Shown piece after piece: positions 51,610 to 61,501 of a DNA stretch of 64,000 bases. The stretch spans positions 1 to 64,000 of the IMG/VR virus record IMGVR_UViG_3300046002_005654. One strand, given 5' to 3'. Each line of letters begins with the position of its first letter. Within the stretch, counting starts at the first letter, position 1. Source of the DNA: a virus. The position numbers were made by a program, and so were the translations under genes. A model generated the notes under the pieces. The model saw nothing but the letters and a program-made list of their open reading frames with translations, was not told the origin of the DNA and did no database searches.

Positions 51610-52461
51610 TTATTTTTTATTACCAAGTAACTTAGCTTCTATAAAAGATCTAACGTCTTGATGTTTTGGATTATCTATATAGGCAATTGTATTTTCAAAT
51701 GTTGGTATTTGACTGTTTTCACATAAATCTAATCCATCATTAGTAGAATATTTATTACCTGTTTTAATTATAATTCCTTTTTCAATTGCATCGTTAATTA
51801 AGAACTTAGTATCTAAAGTTTTATCTTTCATTAGCAAAACAAATGATTCTGGTTTTTCATCAATAAATTGTTCTACCTTAGCTTGAACCCATTTCAATGT
51901 AGTTTCTTTTGAAATTGGTTTATTAGTAAGTATTGCTAGAATTTTTATTAATTTATCTTTGTCGTCTTCGATTTTTCCATAAAGCTTGAAAGCTTCTTTT
52001 TTATTATCGAATCCAATTTTCTTTTCAGTTAACTCTTCATCAGCAGAAGTAATAACAAACTGATATGTTTGTTTTAAGTTTCTTTCTGCCCAAGTAGGAG
52101 CTATATCATTTTTTAAATATGTAAGAATCTTATATGATATATAATCAATAGGATTGCTTAGCTGTAATAAATTATCATCTTTATATAATGAAACTTGGTG
52201 ATCATACCAAAAATCTCCATATACTGATAAATCTAATCCAGTTAAAGCTTCTAAATATTCTTTTTCTTCTTTAGTCAATACATTGGCTATAGAATTATTT
52301 TTTAGTAATGGAGCTTGAAATTTCTTCACTGAACCATTAAGCATCCCTCCAGATATAACGTGATCTTCACCAACGTTAGATGCCATACCTTTTTTTCTTT
52401 TAATATACTTTACCGTGATAGTTGTATCAGGTAATGTAAACGTACTTTCTTTTACTTCCAT
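51610..52461 (-). CDS. Conserved crAss-like protein downstream of the major capsid gene
   Basis: LSNPIDYISYKIL motif. Start set at ATG 52461 because the track's start falls inside the terminator. Confidence 0.7.
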   Translation of the reverse strand: MEVKESTFTLPDTTITVKYIKRKKGMASNVGEDHVISGGMLNGSVKKFQAPLLKNNSIANVLTKEEKEYLEALTGLDLSVYGDFWYDHQVSLYKDDNLLQLSNPIDYISYKILTYLKNDIAPTWAERNLKQTYQFVITSADEELTEKKIGFDNKKEAFKLYGKIEDDKDKLIKILAILTNKPISKETTLKWVQAKVEQFIDEKPESFVLLMKDKTLDTKFLINDAIEKGIIIKTGNKYSTNDGLDLCENSQIPTFENTIAYIDNPKHQDVRSFIEAKLLGNKK

Positions 52462-52482
52462 TATAATTCTCCCTTTTAGTTT

Positions 52483-52516
52483 AAAAAAAAGGGGATGTAT
52501 TTGTAGCACATCCCCA
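52483..52516 (-). terminator. Intrinsic terminator after the major capsid gene
   Basis: GGGGATGT-gctacaaat-ACATCCCC followed by T8 on the minus strand. Confidence 0.85.
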
Positions 52517-52534
52517 ATAAGCTATTATTTAATA

Positions 52535-54040
52535 TTATCCTAGTAATGCAGGAATTAATGAAGCTGTACGAGAAGGATCTTTTACCATCGCTCCTGTTCC
52601 GCACATAGCAGTCATTGTAGCTGAATCTTCCATCAACTGCATGATACCACCTCTACGCCCAGAGAATGGATCACGAATACCTGCCATATAACCTCTTAAC
52701 TCATCATCACCACGAACTTTGATTTTTTGGATGTTTGGTTCTTCCATAGATCCGATATATAAGATATCATATCTGTAAGACTCAGCAACCCCACCATCTG
52801 GGTGAAGAATTTTGTTACGAACTTTATCATCATACATTGGATCAACTTCCAACATAATATGAATGTTATTAGGCGCTCTCCATTCTGTGAATTGGAAACC
52901 TCCTTGAAATGAATTATCATGGAATTTAGAAGAAACTCCTTTAATTGCATTTTGGTTGGTGTTATCAAACATTGATTTCCATCCTGATGCAGCAGCAGTT
53001 GCAGCTCTGTTAAATTGAGCAGCTCCTCTTTCTCCTGTACGTAACATGAATTTTCTTTCGTCAAAATCCAATTTACCTTCTGATAATTCAGAAAGAACAT
53101 CTTCTAAAAGACGCATTGAGAAACGGTTATAAGAAATAGTATTAGACACTTCCATTTGCTCACGAATACCAGAACCAGCTTTAATTTCAATATTAGAAGC
53201 TCCTTTATTCAAGAAACGACCATTTTCATCACGGTTAGTTTTTCCGAACATGATGGTACGAGATTTAATACGTGACAATGCTTTTTCAAACTGCCAGTAA
53301 ACCTCTTGCATCCAAGTTGTTGATTTATGTACTTTTCCTGTATTAGGATCACGAGTTTCGATACCTGCAAAATATACTGGCTCTACTTTAACATCAATCA
53401 TAGCTCCAGAAACTTTATGTTCCATACGAAGTGTAGAGATTGAATTTCTCATTAAATAAGGAGAAGTAAATTGAATACCAGCACCTCTTGTAGAAAGCTC
53501 GTCTTCTGTGTAAGCAGACTCAATACTGAATCTGTTTCCAGGTAAAAGTTCATCTCCAGGAATACCAGCTAGTGATTCTTGACCACCCCAAGCTTCGCAA
53601 GGATAAACATAATTTGAACCTTCTTCAAACGGCTCATCAGTAATTCTAATTTGATATACGTCTGGACGTGGTCCAGCAATAACATGCATTGCGGTAAACC
53701 ATTTTTCAGCAAATACCAATTCAAATTTACTACGAGCAATACCAACACCTACTGTATTAGTATCTACAACTCCACCAAAAGCACGTGCTTCAACAAGAGG
53801 AATATTTCTCTCGTCAGAACCAACAACTTTCCATACGAAGTCATCTGCTGTATTTAATACTTTCTCAGGGAATAAAGACAAAGTTGTATCTAAGTTTTTC
53901 ATTCCTGAACTTTGAAGTAACACAGTAGTTAACGGTGATACTAATTGTGGTTGAGATCCGAAGATAGCACCGATGTGATTTTTTAGCGTCAAGCCAGACC
54001 AAGCTTTACCTTTGGTCATTACAAACTTCCCTAAAGACAT
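52535..54040 (-). CDS. Major capsid protein
   Basis: 501 aa; WSGLTLKNH, GSGIREQ, TGERGAAQF, VDPMYDD; located after portal and scaffold; strong terminator follows. Confidence 0.88.
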   Translation of the reverse strand: MSLGKFVMTKGKAWSGLTLKNHIGAIFGSQPQLVSPLTTVLLQSSGMKNLDTTLSLFPEKVLNTADDFVWKVVGSDERNIPLVEARAFGGVVDTNTVGVGIARSKFELVFAEKWFTAMHVIAGPRPDVYQIRITDEPFEEGSNYVYPCEAWGGQESLAGIPGDELLPGNRFSIESAYTEDELSTRGAGIQFTSPYLMRNSISTLRMEHKVSGAMIDVKVEPVYFAGIETRDPNTGKVHKSTTWMQEVYWQFEKALSRIKSRTIMFGKTNRDENGRFLNKGASNIEIKAGSGIREQMEVSNTISYNRFSMRLLEDVLSELSEGKLDFDERKFMLRTGERGAAQFNRAATAAASGWKSMFDNTNQNAIKGVSSKFHDNSFQGGFQFTEWRAPNNIHIMLEVDPMYDDKVRNKILHPDGGVAESYRYDILYIGSMEEPNIQKIKVRGDDELRGYMAGIRDPFSGRRGGIMQLMEDSATMTAMCGTGAMVKDPSRTASLIPALLG

Positions 54041-54075
54041 AGTTTTTTTGTTTTAATTATTAATATTGTTTTTGT

Positions 54076-55152
54076 TTAGAAGACAAGTTCTGATCCAATT
54101 CCGCCATAGCTTGGTGGATCTTGAAGATAATCAGGAGTTCCGTTATCCTCGAATCTAGTTCTTCTAAGCACTTTTTCTAAATTTTTTACAGCTTTAGAAG
54201 TTACTGTTTTTGATATGCTAGATAAATCTGAAAAACCATTTGTTAATTCATAAAGGTAATACATTTTTGTGTCAAACTCAATAGGATTAACGGCTCTGTT
54301 TTGCATAAACTTATTTTGCATTTCGCCAGTAGTTGGATTTTTTGAAACAACTTCTGTCATACTTTTAAATACTCTATCCTGTAGAGCTTTAGTATTTGGT
54401 AAACCAGTGATGACTTCTTTAGAACTATATATAGTATTTTTAATTGCGTTATTAATACTTTCTTGTTCTGCAGCTTGCTCGGCTAGTTGTTGTGTATATC
54501 TGACTCTTTCTTGTTGTTCTGATCTAGCTTCAAATTCTTTTAAACTTTGAGCTGACTCAAGAGCATCTTCAATAACCATATCTTCGCCTAAGTCAATTGT
54601 CTTCCTTAGTAATTTTGTAGCTCTTTCTTCTGAAAGACCTTGATTGATATAATCTCTAAAAATAATATCCTTAGCTACATCAAGATTATCTTTTAAATAA
54701 TCTTCATCTATATTAGATAACTCTAATTGAGTTTTTCTAGATACAGCAATCTTATTAAGGTCTAAGTTTTGTAGATACTCTTCAAGTCGTTGTTCTGCCT
54801 GCAGATCAATTTCTTTTTTAAGTGCTCCTACAAAATCTTCAGAAGTCTTAATATTTTCAGAAGACTCTAACGAAGGGATGATTCCTTGTTCAAATAGAAC
54901 GTTTGAGATGGAAGAATACAGGTTGGGAGAAGAATCTACATCGGATTCATCCTCTTCGTTGTTTTCGTCTTCTTCCCCACCTACGCTCTCTGGATTTTCT
55001 TCCTCGACAGGGTTATTATTTATTTCGTCTTCTTCACTTTCGATACTACTATCTGAAGGCTCGTCATCGAAATTTTCTTCATAGTTATTATAGTCTAAAT
55101 TCAGTTCCATTCCAGAACCGAAGATATCCATTGATTCATTTTCTACTTCCAT
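54076..55152 (-). CDS. Acidic scaffold-like protein
   Basis: Very acidic N-terminus and coiled coil; lies between portal and major capsid genes. Confidence 0.65.
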   Translation of the reverse strand: MEVENESMDIFGSGMELNLDYNNYEENFDDEPSDSSIESEEDEINNNPVEEENPESVGGEEDENNEEDESDVDSSPNLYSSISNVLFEQGIIPSLESSENIKTSEDFVGALKKEIDLQAEQRLEEYLQNLDLNKIAVSRKTQLELSNIDEDYLKDNLDVAKDIIFRDYINQGLSEERATKLLRKTIDLGEDMVIEDALESAQSLKEFEARSEQQERVRYTQQLAEQAAEQESINNAIKNTIYSSKEVITGLPNTKALQDRVFKSMTEVVSKNPTTGEMQNKFMQNRAVNPIEFDTKMYYLYELTNGFSDLSSISKTVTSKAVKNLEKVLRRTRFEDNGTPDYLQDPPSYGGIGSELVF

Positions 55153-55179
55153 TATTCTCCCATTTTAATTTATAAAGTG

Positions 55180-55210
55180 CAAATATAATCTTTTTATATA
55201 TTAAATACAA
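55180..55210 (-). promoter_or_regulatory. Bacteroidota-type promoter for scaffold and major capsid genes
   Basis: TTG-N20-TATATTTGC. Confidence 0.75.
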
Positions 55211-55239
55211 TAAAAAGTTAATTTATTTTTAATTATTTC

Positions 55240-55264
55240 ATATTACGTAATAGCATTTTATTGC
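55240..55264. repeat. 25-bp upstream element, copy 1
   Basis: ATATTACGTAATAGCATTTTATTGC; 23/25 identical to 57771-57795. Confidence 0.8.
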
Positions 55265-55267
55265 TTT

Positions 55268-57673
55268 TTACACTGATTTCTTTTTAATTCTAGCTATAGA
55301 TTGATCTACTGTTTTTGCTTTCATTTGATCATTGTGTTTAATCATATCTTGATCTAATGACTTCATTTTAGCTATTTGATCAGCTTTTGCTTTCTCTATG
55401 TCTAAATTAAACTTATCTCTTTCTAATGGACTTTCTATTCCGTCTTCAGAATCAATAGTATCAGTTTCTCCTACAGCTTTAGTTAATTCTGCAATATATC
55501 GTTTAGTGGCATCTTCTCTTTGAGAGATAGTATCTTCTAATTGAAGTTTTTGCATTTCTAATTGTTGCGCTGCTTGATTAGCTGCTTGTTGAGTTTCATT
55601 AGCTTGTTGAGATGATTCTTGTTGACGTTGATGCATTTGCTCTTCTCCGTCTTCTAATCTTCTTCTCATATCAGATAATGAAGGACTAAAGTAAATATCC
55701 ATTATAGTTGATAATGAACCACCATTTTGAATAAATGCTTGAGCATTAGATTTAATCATCTGTTCTAACTCAGCTGTTTTAGAACTAGAAGTTATAACTA
55801 ATCCGTAATCATTTTCAGAAAAAGTTTCACCATCTACGTTAAGTATTTCTATTGATTGGTCATCAAGTATATTTTGTACTTTAAGGTTTTTACCTTTTAA
55901 AGCAACTTTAGCAGTTTCTAAGAAGCATTCAAGAACTCGTATCTTACATTGCTCATGTTGCATAAACCAATACTCAGTTATATGAGATGATTGATTGACA
56001 GATCTTTCAACACCACCAACAGTTTCTCTATTTTCTATTTGACCTTGACGCTGAGCAGATACTCCTGCTATTTCGCCCATTTCCATTTTAATAAATTCAA
56101 GTAATTGTATGTGTTGTTGAATATAAGAGCCAGTCTCCATATCCATAACACGTCCGCCTTGAGTATTCATTGAGCCAGCTAGCTTACCAGTAGAAGCTCC
56201 TTGATTACCTTCTTTAAACGAATCTATTACAGCTATCTTATTAACAACAGCAAAGTGCATCCATTTCTCAACTTCCCAGTTTTCAGGTATCTTAGCTATG
56301 TCTAATTCAAATATTTTACCGTAATTAGTTGCAATAGCTTTATTTAATCTATCCCAAATAACATCATACATATATTGATAGTTTTTACATCTATCAACTA
56401 ATGATACTGCTTTAGATTGATTAGTATTATATATTTGACCTATAATACCAGCGTGACAATAAGATGGATTGTATATTTTATTATATTGAATTTTGCGTGG
56501 ACGTATATTAAGATAAATATCTTTACCTATTTTAACTCCTTCCCAAAATTCATTAACCCACATACTTTTAATCTCTTCTCCTCTATCTTTATCCGCTATG
56601 TATTCTTCAGAAGCAATTTTATATTGTTCCTCACCCATTTCATCATAATACTTAACTTGTTTTATTAATTTAATAGATTTCCAAAATAATTTAAATACTC
56701 TAATATTACCAGTATCGTCTGTATAATTAGAACCAAAGAAATGTCCATTCAACTCAGCTAAGTTGAAGATTGTATCATACATGCCTTCAACACCTGTATT
56801 CAGCGCGTCCCTAAGTAATACGTGGTTATTTTGATCATCTGAATAAGAACCTTTTGAAGACGTTGTACTATATTCCATTATATAGTCTATATCTTCTGGT
56901 TTTAATTCATCGTGATATACATCAATAATTTTGTTTGGAGACCAGTGATCTTGTATAATTATAATAGATGAATCTTCTATTCTATCTGAATTACCAGATT
57001 TTACAGAATGAACCTTCAATGAGTTTAATTTAAACATCACTGGTTCATCATTTACAATATCGCATTGATATATTTCTTCTCCAAAGATTAAAGCGTCTTT
57101 AAATCCTTCAGAGAATGTTTTGTCAAATCTTTGTTCTTGAGTATAATGTTTAAGTATTTGATTAGCCATCTTTTCTCTAAGATCTTGCCAATTGTATTTC
57201 ATATACTTTTCAAGATCTTTAAGTTTTTGCTCAAGTTCTTTGTCAGCATAATTTCCACTATACATTTCGCTAAGTTTTTCAAATAAGAATTTCTTCTTAT
57301 CTTCTTCCTTCATTGTTATTGCATCTGGATTAGTAACTATACACGACCAATCAAATCTACGTTTAATTTCTTCACCAACTAATAGATCTATTTTAGGAAC
57401 CATTATTGGGTGATGAGGTAGATTGTCAGGAACAAAACTTGCATCTATTTGATTTGGGTTAACAACATTAGTTAAATCTCTAATATCTACAACTCCATTG
57501 TATAGGTTTAAGTTTATAATCTTATTCTGTAGACTTTTTCTAACTCTTTCGTTATTATAAAAAGAGTGTCTATCTCCATAGTTTACATTATCCTCTCTCC
57601 ATTGTTTATCCTTTTTATTGTAAGGTAATCTTTGTCTTGGCAGTACTAGATTATTAATTCTTGGACCTTCCAT
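55268..57673 (-). CDS. Portal protein
   Basis: 801 aa; LPRQRLP..KDKQW, PKIDLLVGEE, SLVDRCKNYQYMYD, GVSAQRQGQI; follows the terminase. Confidence 0.88.
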   Translation of the reverse strand: MEGPRINNLVLPRQRLPYNKKDKQWREDNVNYGDRHSFYNNERVRKSLQNKIINLNLYNGVVDIRDLTNVVNPNQIDASFVPDNLPHHPIMVPKIDLLVGEEIKRRFDWSCIVTNPDAITMKEEDKKKFLFEKLSEMYSGNYADKELEQKLKDLEKYMKYNWQDLREKMANQILKHYTQEQRFDKTFSEGFKDALIFGEEIYQCDIVNDEPVMFKLNSLKVHSVKSGNSDRIEDSSIIIIQDHWSPNKIIDVYHDELKPEDIDYIMEYSTTSSKGSYSDDQNNHVLLRDALNTGVEGMYDTIFNLAELNGHFFGSNYTDDTGNIRVFKLFWKSIKLIKQVKYYDEMGEEQYKIASEEYIADKDRGEEIKSMWVNEFWEGVKIGKDIYLNIRPRKIQYNKIYNPSYCHAGIIGQIYNTNQSKAVSLVDRCKNYQYMYDVIWDRLNKAIATNYGKIFELDIAKIPENWEVEKWMHFAVVNKIAVIDSFKEGNQGASTGKLAGSMNTQGGRVMDMETGSYIQQHIQLLEFIKMEMGEIAGVSAQRQGQIENRETVGGVERSVNQSSHITEYWFMQHEQCKIRVLECFLETAKVALKGKNLKVQNILDDQSIEILNVDGETFSENDYGLVITSSSKTAELEQMIKSNAQAFIQNGGSLSTIMDIYFSPSLSDMRRRLEDGEEQMHQRQQESSQQANETQQAANQAAQQLEMQKLQLEDTISQREDATKRYIAELTKAVGETDTIDSEDGIESPLERDKFNLDIEKAKADQIAKMKSLDQDMIKHNDQMKAKTVDQSIARIKKKSV

Positions 57674-57710
57674 ATTTTGTATATTAAATTATATTTACAT
57701 TGCTAACTAG

Positions 57711-57740
57711 CAAATATACGAATTATAAAACTGTAATCAA
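57711..57740 (-). promoter_or_regulatory. Bacteroidota-type promoter for the portal gene
   Basis: TTG-N19-TATATTTGC. Confidence 0.75.
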
Positions 57741-57770
57741 TATAAATATCTAATTATTTTACTTTTTTCT

Positions 57771-57795
57771 ATATTAAGTAATAGCATTTTGTTGC
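57771..57795. repeat. 25-bp upstream element, copy 2 (overlaps the terL stop)
   Basis: ATATTAAGTAATAGCATTTTGTTGC. Confidence 0.8.
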
Positions 57796-60050
57796 CAATT
57801 ATTGTTTTGTATTGGTTTATAATTTTTATTAAAGAAGTTATCTGCAGACGCATTAGTTATCTTCTTATCTTGATTTCCTTTTGCCACAGCAGTTCTTTTA
57901 ACTCTATCTTCTCTTAATATAAATAACATACCAGCGGCTGAAACTCTATCAAAGTTACCATCACTATTCCAAGCTATACATTCTTCTACATATGGAATAC
58001 TTCTAAGTCTATGCATATTAAGTCTTTCATCTTCGTCATCTCCGTGAGCTTTTGTTTTCATCCACTCAGCTTGTAACATTCTTCCCCAGCTATTTATTTT
58101 TGCATTAGCATGAGTCCCTTTAGCTTTATTACCATATAGATTAGTTGCTTTAACCATATCCATATCTTTTAATATTTGAGGTACATCAGCAAGGTAGTGT
58201 AAACAATTTTTACTATCAAAATAACTAAATAATCCTTTTAAATTTGATTCATAATTAGCTTCTGCATTGTAAAATCTTAAACATCTTAATGCTATTTCAT
58301 AAGCTTCATTTGCTAATCTAGGTCTTCCTGAATATTCAGCAACTATCCTATCTGTAAATAAATCCATTATATGAATACTAAATAATGATCCACCTGTATC
58401 TGAATCAATAGGGTCAATCCCTGCTATATATCTACCTCGTTGAATATCTCCTTGAGCATTCTTTCTTGGCATTTCAAATATTTCAAGACATCCAGTTCTA
58501 TTGTTATCAGACGAATCATAAGCCCTTAATGGACTTAAGTCAGAATTAGGTTTCCATTCAACTTCTCCTAAGTTATTTAAAAGTAATTCACCAACATAGT
58601 GTTCAGCTAAAAACGATTCTTGTTTAGGCGCAATACTTTCAAGATACTCTTTTAAATCAGCCACAGGAAACATAGTTCCTTCAGTTCTCATTACAGCTTC
58701 TTGAGGAGTAATAGGTTCTTCAGCTTTTTTCTGAGTAATAGCTGTAGATTCAGATGAACTATACTTAACATCAAATCTATCTATTAATATCTCAACAAGT
58801 GCTTTAATTACATCTGGTTCTCCATTTGTATCATCATAACATCCATTACGATTTAAATATGCTCCCCAAAAGAAAGAACAAAGACTTTCTCCATTTGTAT
58901 TTTTATCAAATACATTTTTTAAAGCATATATATTATAAGCACCTGGTTTATAAAATAGTTTTTCAGAACCTGCAAATGAAGCTCCCATTGTACCTCCAGT
59001 CCCACCAGCTAGCATAAATCCAAACGCCACATCACCATCCTCAACAGCTTTTCTATTTACATTCCAAGCTTTTTCAAGATTATTAAATAGACCGTCTTCT
59101 TCATAATGAATTAAAGGGCCCCTAATACCCCTGGCTTTATCTGGATTATCCTTTAATGATATACCAAATATAGAGGCTAAGTTTCCTTTACGAGAACCAT
59201 ATTCGTCTAAGTATCCAAGCTGTAATTCCATAGCTTTTTTACCATCGACAATTCTATTCTTAGCTAAAGGAGTGTGTTCTCCAATCCAGTCTAACGTATC
59301 GAGAATCTTACCCCAGATTCCTTTATCACCTGATAGAAACGTTTTATCTGATGCCAAGTGAAAGTTTGGATTACCAGAACCTGGATATACGTACATATTA
59401 CGAGGAGACTCAGAAGCATTTTTAAAACTAAAACCGATTCCCCTAGTTTTGAGAACCTTACCATGTTGACCATTGTCTTTTGCTTGTTGTGTATAGTGAA
59501 AATATAGATAATCTCCAAGCCAAGCTTTAGCAAACTTCTTTACACGCTCTCCTTTTGACTTCTTATTTTCTGATTTTAAACCTACAGTTTCTACTAACCA
59601 TATTGGGCTGTAGTTCCAGTAGAAGTACAATGTTCCAGGAATCCATTCTCCGTCGGATTCCCTGACAACACCGTGCTTCCATTTATATAATTCATCTTTC
59701 CAAAACTGAGCATACTCAGATTTAGGATTTGAATTTCTTGGTATATTAGTATACCTTCCATTTTTTTCAAAGAATATGGCTGCTTGCCTAAAGTAGTCCA
59801 TATCCTCTAGTATATGTGGATTAGTTAAATCTACTTCAACCCTTCCGTCTTTATAAAATTTATCTTCTCGTGGTTTATCTTTACAGAAACCTCTTTCATC
59901 TTCTGATGATATAAGGTTTTGTATAAACTTAACACTTGATATATATTCTAACAGTTGGTCATATACTTCTTTTGGAATCTCTTTATTATCAAGCATTTTT
60001 CTATAATACGATATAGGTGTTTGATAATCATTAAGTCTATTTAAGTCCAT
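57774..60050 (-). CDS. terL: Terminase large subunit
   Basis: Walker A-like LKTRGIGFS, Walker B IHYEEDG, GGTGG coupling motif, nuclease YIAGIDPID and NFDRVSA. Confidence 0.92.
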   Translation of the reverse strand: MDLNRLNDYQTPISYYRKMLDNKEIPKEVYDQLLEYISSVKFIQNLISSEDERGFCKDKPREDKFYKDGRVEVDLTNPHILEDMDYFRQAAIFFEKNGRYTNIPRNSNPKSEYAQFWKDELYKWKHGVVRESDGEWIPGTLYFYWNYSPIWLVETVGLKSENKKSKGERVKKFAKAWLGDYLYFHYTQQAKDNGQHGKVLKTRGIGFSFKNASESPRNMYVYPGSGNPNFHLASDKTFLSGDKGIWGKILDTLDWIGEHTPLAKNRIVDGKKAMELQLGYLDEYGSRKGNLASIFGISLKDNPDKARGIRGPLIHYEEDGLFNNLEKAWNVNRKAVEDGDVAFGFMLAGGTGGTMGASFAGSEKLFYKPGAYNIYALKNVFDKNTNGESLCSFFWGAYLNRNGCYDDTNGEPDVIKALVEILIDRFDVKYSSSESTAITQKKAEEPITPQEAVMRTEGTMFPVADLKEYLESIAPKQESFLAEHYVGELLLNNLGEVEWKPNSDLSPLRAYDSSDNNRTGCLEIFEMPRKNAQGDIQRGRYIAGIDPIDSDTGGSLFSIHIMDLFTDRIVAEYSGRPRLANEAYEIALRCLRFYNAEANYESNLKGLFSYFDSKNCLHYLADVPQILKDMDMVKATNLYGNKAKGTHANAKINSWGRMLQAEWMKTKAHGDDEDERLNMHRLRSIPYVEECIAWNSDGNFDRVSAAGMLFILREDRVKRTAVAKGNQDKKITNASADNFFNKNYKPIQNNNWQQNAIT

Positions 60051-61501
60051 TGGCGTTCGTTCAATACAACAGTATCTGTTGATAGTATTGTTCTAGCTAC
60101 AGATACTGCATTTTCTAATGCACATCTAGTTACTTTAAGTGGGTCAATTATATTTTTTTCAAACATATCTGTCAACGCAGGAACCCCTATTATATCTATA
60201 GGTTTATTTAAACTAACAAGTATTCCTAATTCTACTGAATTATGAGATAAATCTTTTATTGTTTTAGCTACTATTTGATTTGCATTATATAAAGCTATTC
60301 CTCCTCCTTGAACAATTCCCTCTTCTAATGCACAAGATGTTGCCAGAACTGCATCATCATATCTATCTTTACGTTCTTTCATTTCTATTTCAGAAACTCC
60401 ACCAACTTTGATTATGGATATTTTTCCAGTAAGATTAGTTATTCTTTGTTCTATTAATTCCTTGTCTTGTTTAGTTAATTCTTTAAGTTTAGATAAAGCT
60501 TTTAAATCTTCTATGTATTCTTTAATGTCTACATCAGGATGTTTAACTAATATACTATTACTTTTAGTTACTTTTAAAGACTTTAATTTACCAAATGATG
60601 TTAGACTATATTGTTTAGTAAAATTGTTAATTAAATCAGCTCCTGTGAAGTCAGAGATATCACTAAGTAAGTCTTTTCTATATTGAGAAAATCCTGGAGA
60701 CTTAATAACACATAATTTTAATGATCCACTAAGGACGTTTGACTCTAACAATCTAAGTAGATTTTCAGAAAGACCTTCTGTAATAATTAATAATGATTCG
60801 TTATTTTCTGCTATTTGTTTAATAGGAGTTTCAAATGATTTAAGATTTTCTAACTTACCATCTATTAATAAAACATATGGGTCTTCAAAGTTACATTCAG
60901 CTTTCTTATTTGTATTTATAAAGTGTTTTGAAAAATATGATACTTGTAATGACATACCATCTATTAACTCTAATGAGTCTTCATTATCATTACTTTCTTC
61001 TACTTTAATTATACTTGCGTGATTATAAGCTTGTTGTATAATATCACCTATGTGAGTATCATTATTAGCCGATATGCTTGCAAGATATTTAATATCTTTA
61101 TGTTCTAATTTTCTTGAGTTTAGTTTTAGTTGTTCTAATACTTTTGGTATAATCTCGTCAAACGCTTTATTTATTTCATTAGAATCAAAGTCTTTTAGAT
61201 TCTGTATAAATGAATTAGCTAATACTATAGCCGTTGTAGTTCCATCACCTGCTAAATCAACTTGTAATTCAGCAACTTCTTTTACTATTTTAGCACCAAT
61301 ATTCTCTATAGCATTTCTAAAGTAAATCTCTCTAGCTACTTTAACTCCGTCTTTAGTTATTTCAGGATCTCCATATTGATTAGATATAATTACAGTCTTT
61401 CCATCAGGTCCCATTGTAGAAGCTACAGCTTGCGATAACTTTTCTACGCCACTAAATAATAGGCTTCTAGCTTCGTCTTTAAAATATATTTCTTTATTCA
61501 T
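60041..61501 (-). CDS. groEL: Group I chaperonin GroEL (compact, 486 aa)
   Basis: TMGPDG, ITKDGVKVA, AGDGTTT, KSPGF, KVGGVSEIEMKERKDRYDDAV, EEGIVQGGG, IIDPLKVTRCALENAVSVA. Confidence 0.93.
   Translation of the reverse strand: MNKEIYFKDEARSLLFSGVEKLSQAVASTMGPDGKTVIISNQYGDPEITKDGVKVAREIYFRNAIENIGAKIVKEVAELQVDLAGDGTTTAIVLANSFIQNLKDFDSNEINKAFDEIIPKVLEQLKLNSRKLEHKDIKYLASISANNDTHIGDIIQQAYNHASIIKVEESNDNEDSLELIDGMSLQVSYFSKHFINTNKKAECNFEDPYVLLIDGKLENLKSFETPIKQIAENNESLLIITEGLSENLLRLLESNVLSGSLKLCVIKSPGFSQYRKDLLSDISDFTGADLINNFTKQYSLTSFGKLKSLKVTKSNSILVKHPDVDIKEYIEDLKALSKLKELTKQDKELIEQRITNLTGKISIIKVGGVSEIEMKERKDRYDDAVLATSCALEEGIVQGGGIALYNANQIVAKTIKDLSHNSVELGILVSLNKPIDIIGVPALTDMFEKNIIDPLKVTRCALENAVSVARTILSTDTVVLNERQWT

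Noticed and set aside
38344-52509. ORF-track starts at 38371 and 52509
   Set aside because: They fall inside a promoter box and a terminator respectively; the downstream ATGs at 38344 and 52461 are more plausible.
52535-60050. Introns or inteins in terL, portal or capsid genes (also checked in nrdJ and RNAP)
   Set aside because: ORFs are continuous and of expected size; no intein splice motifs or homing endonuclease noticed.
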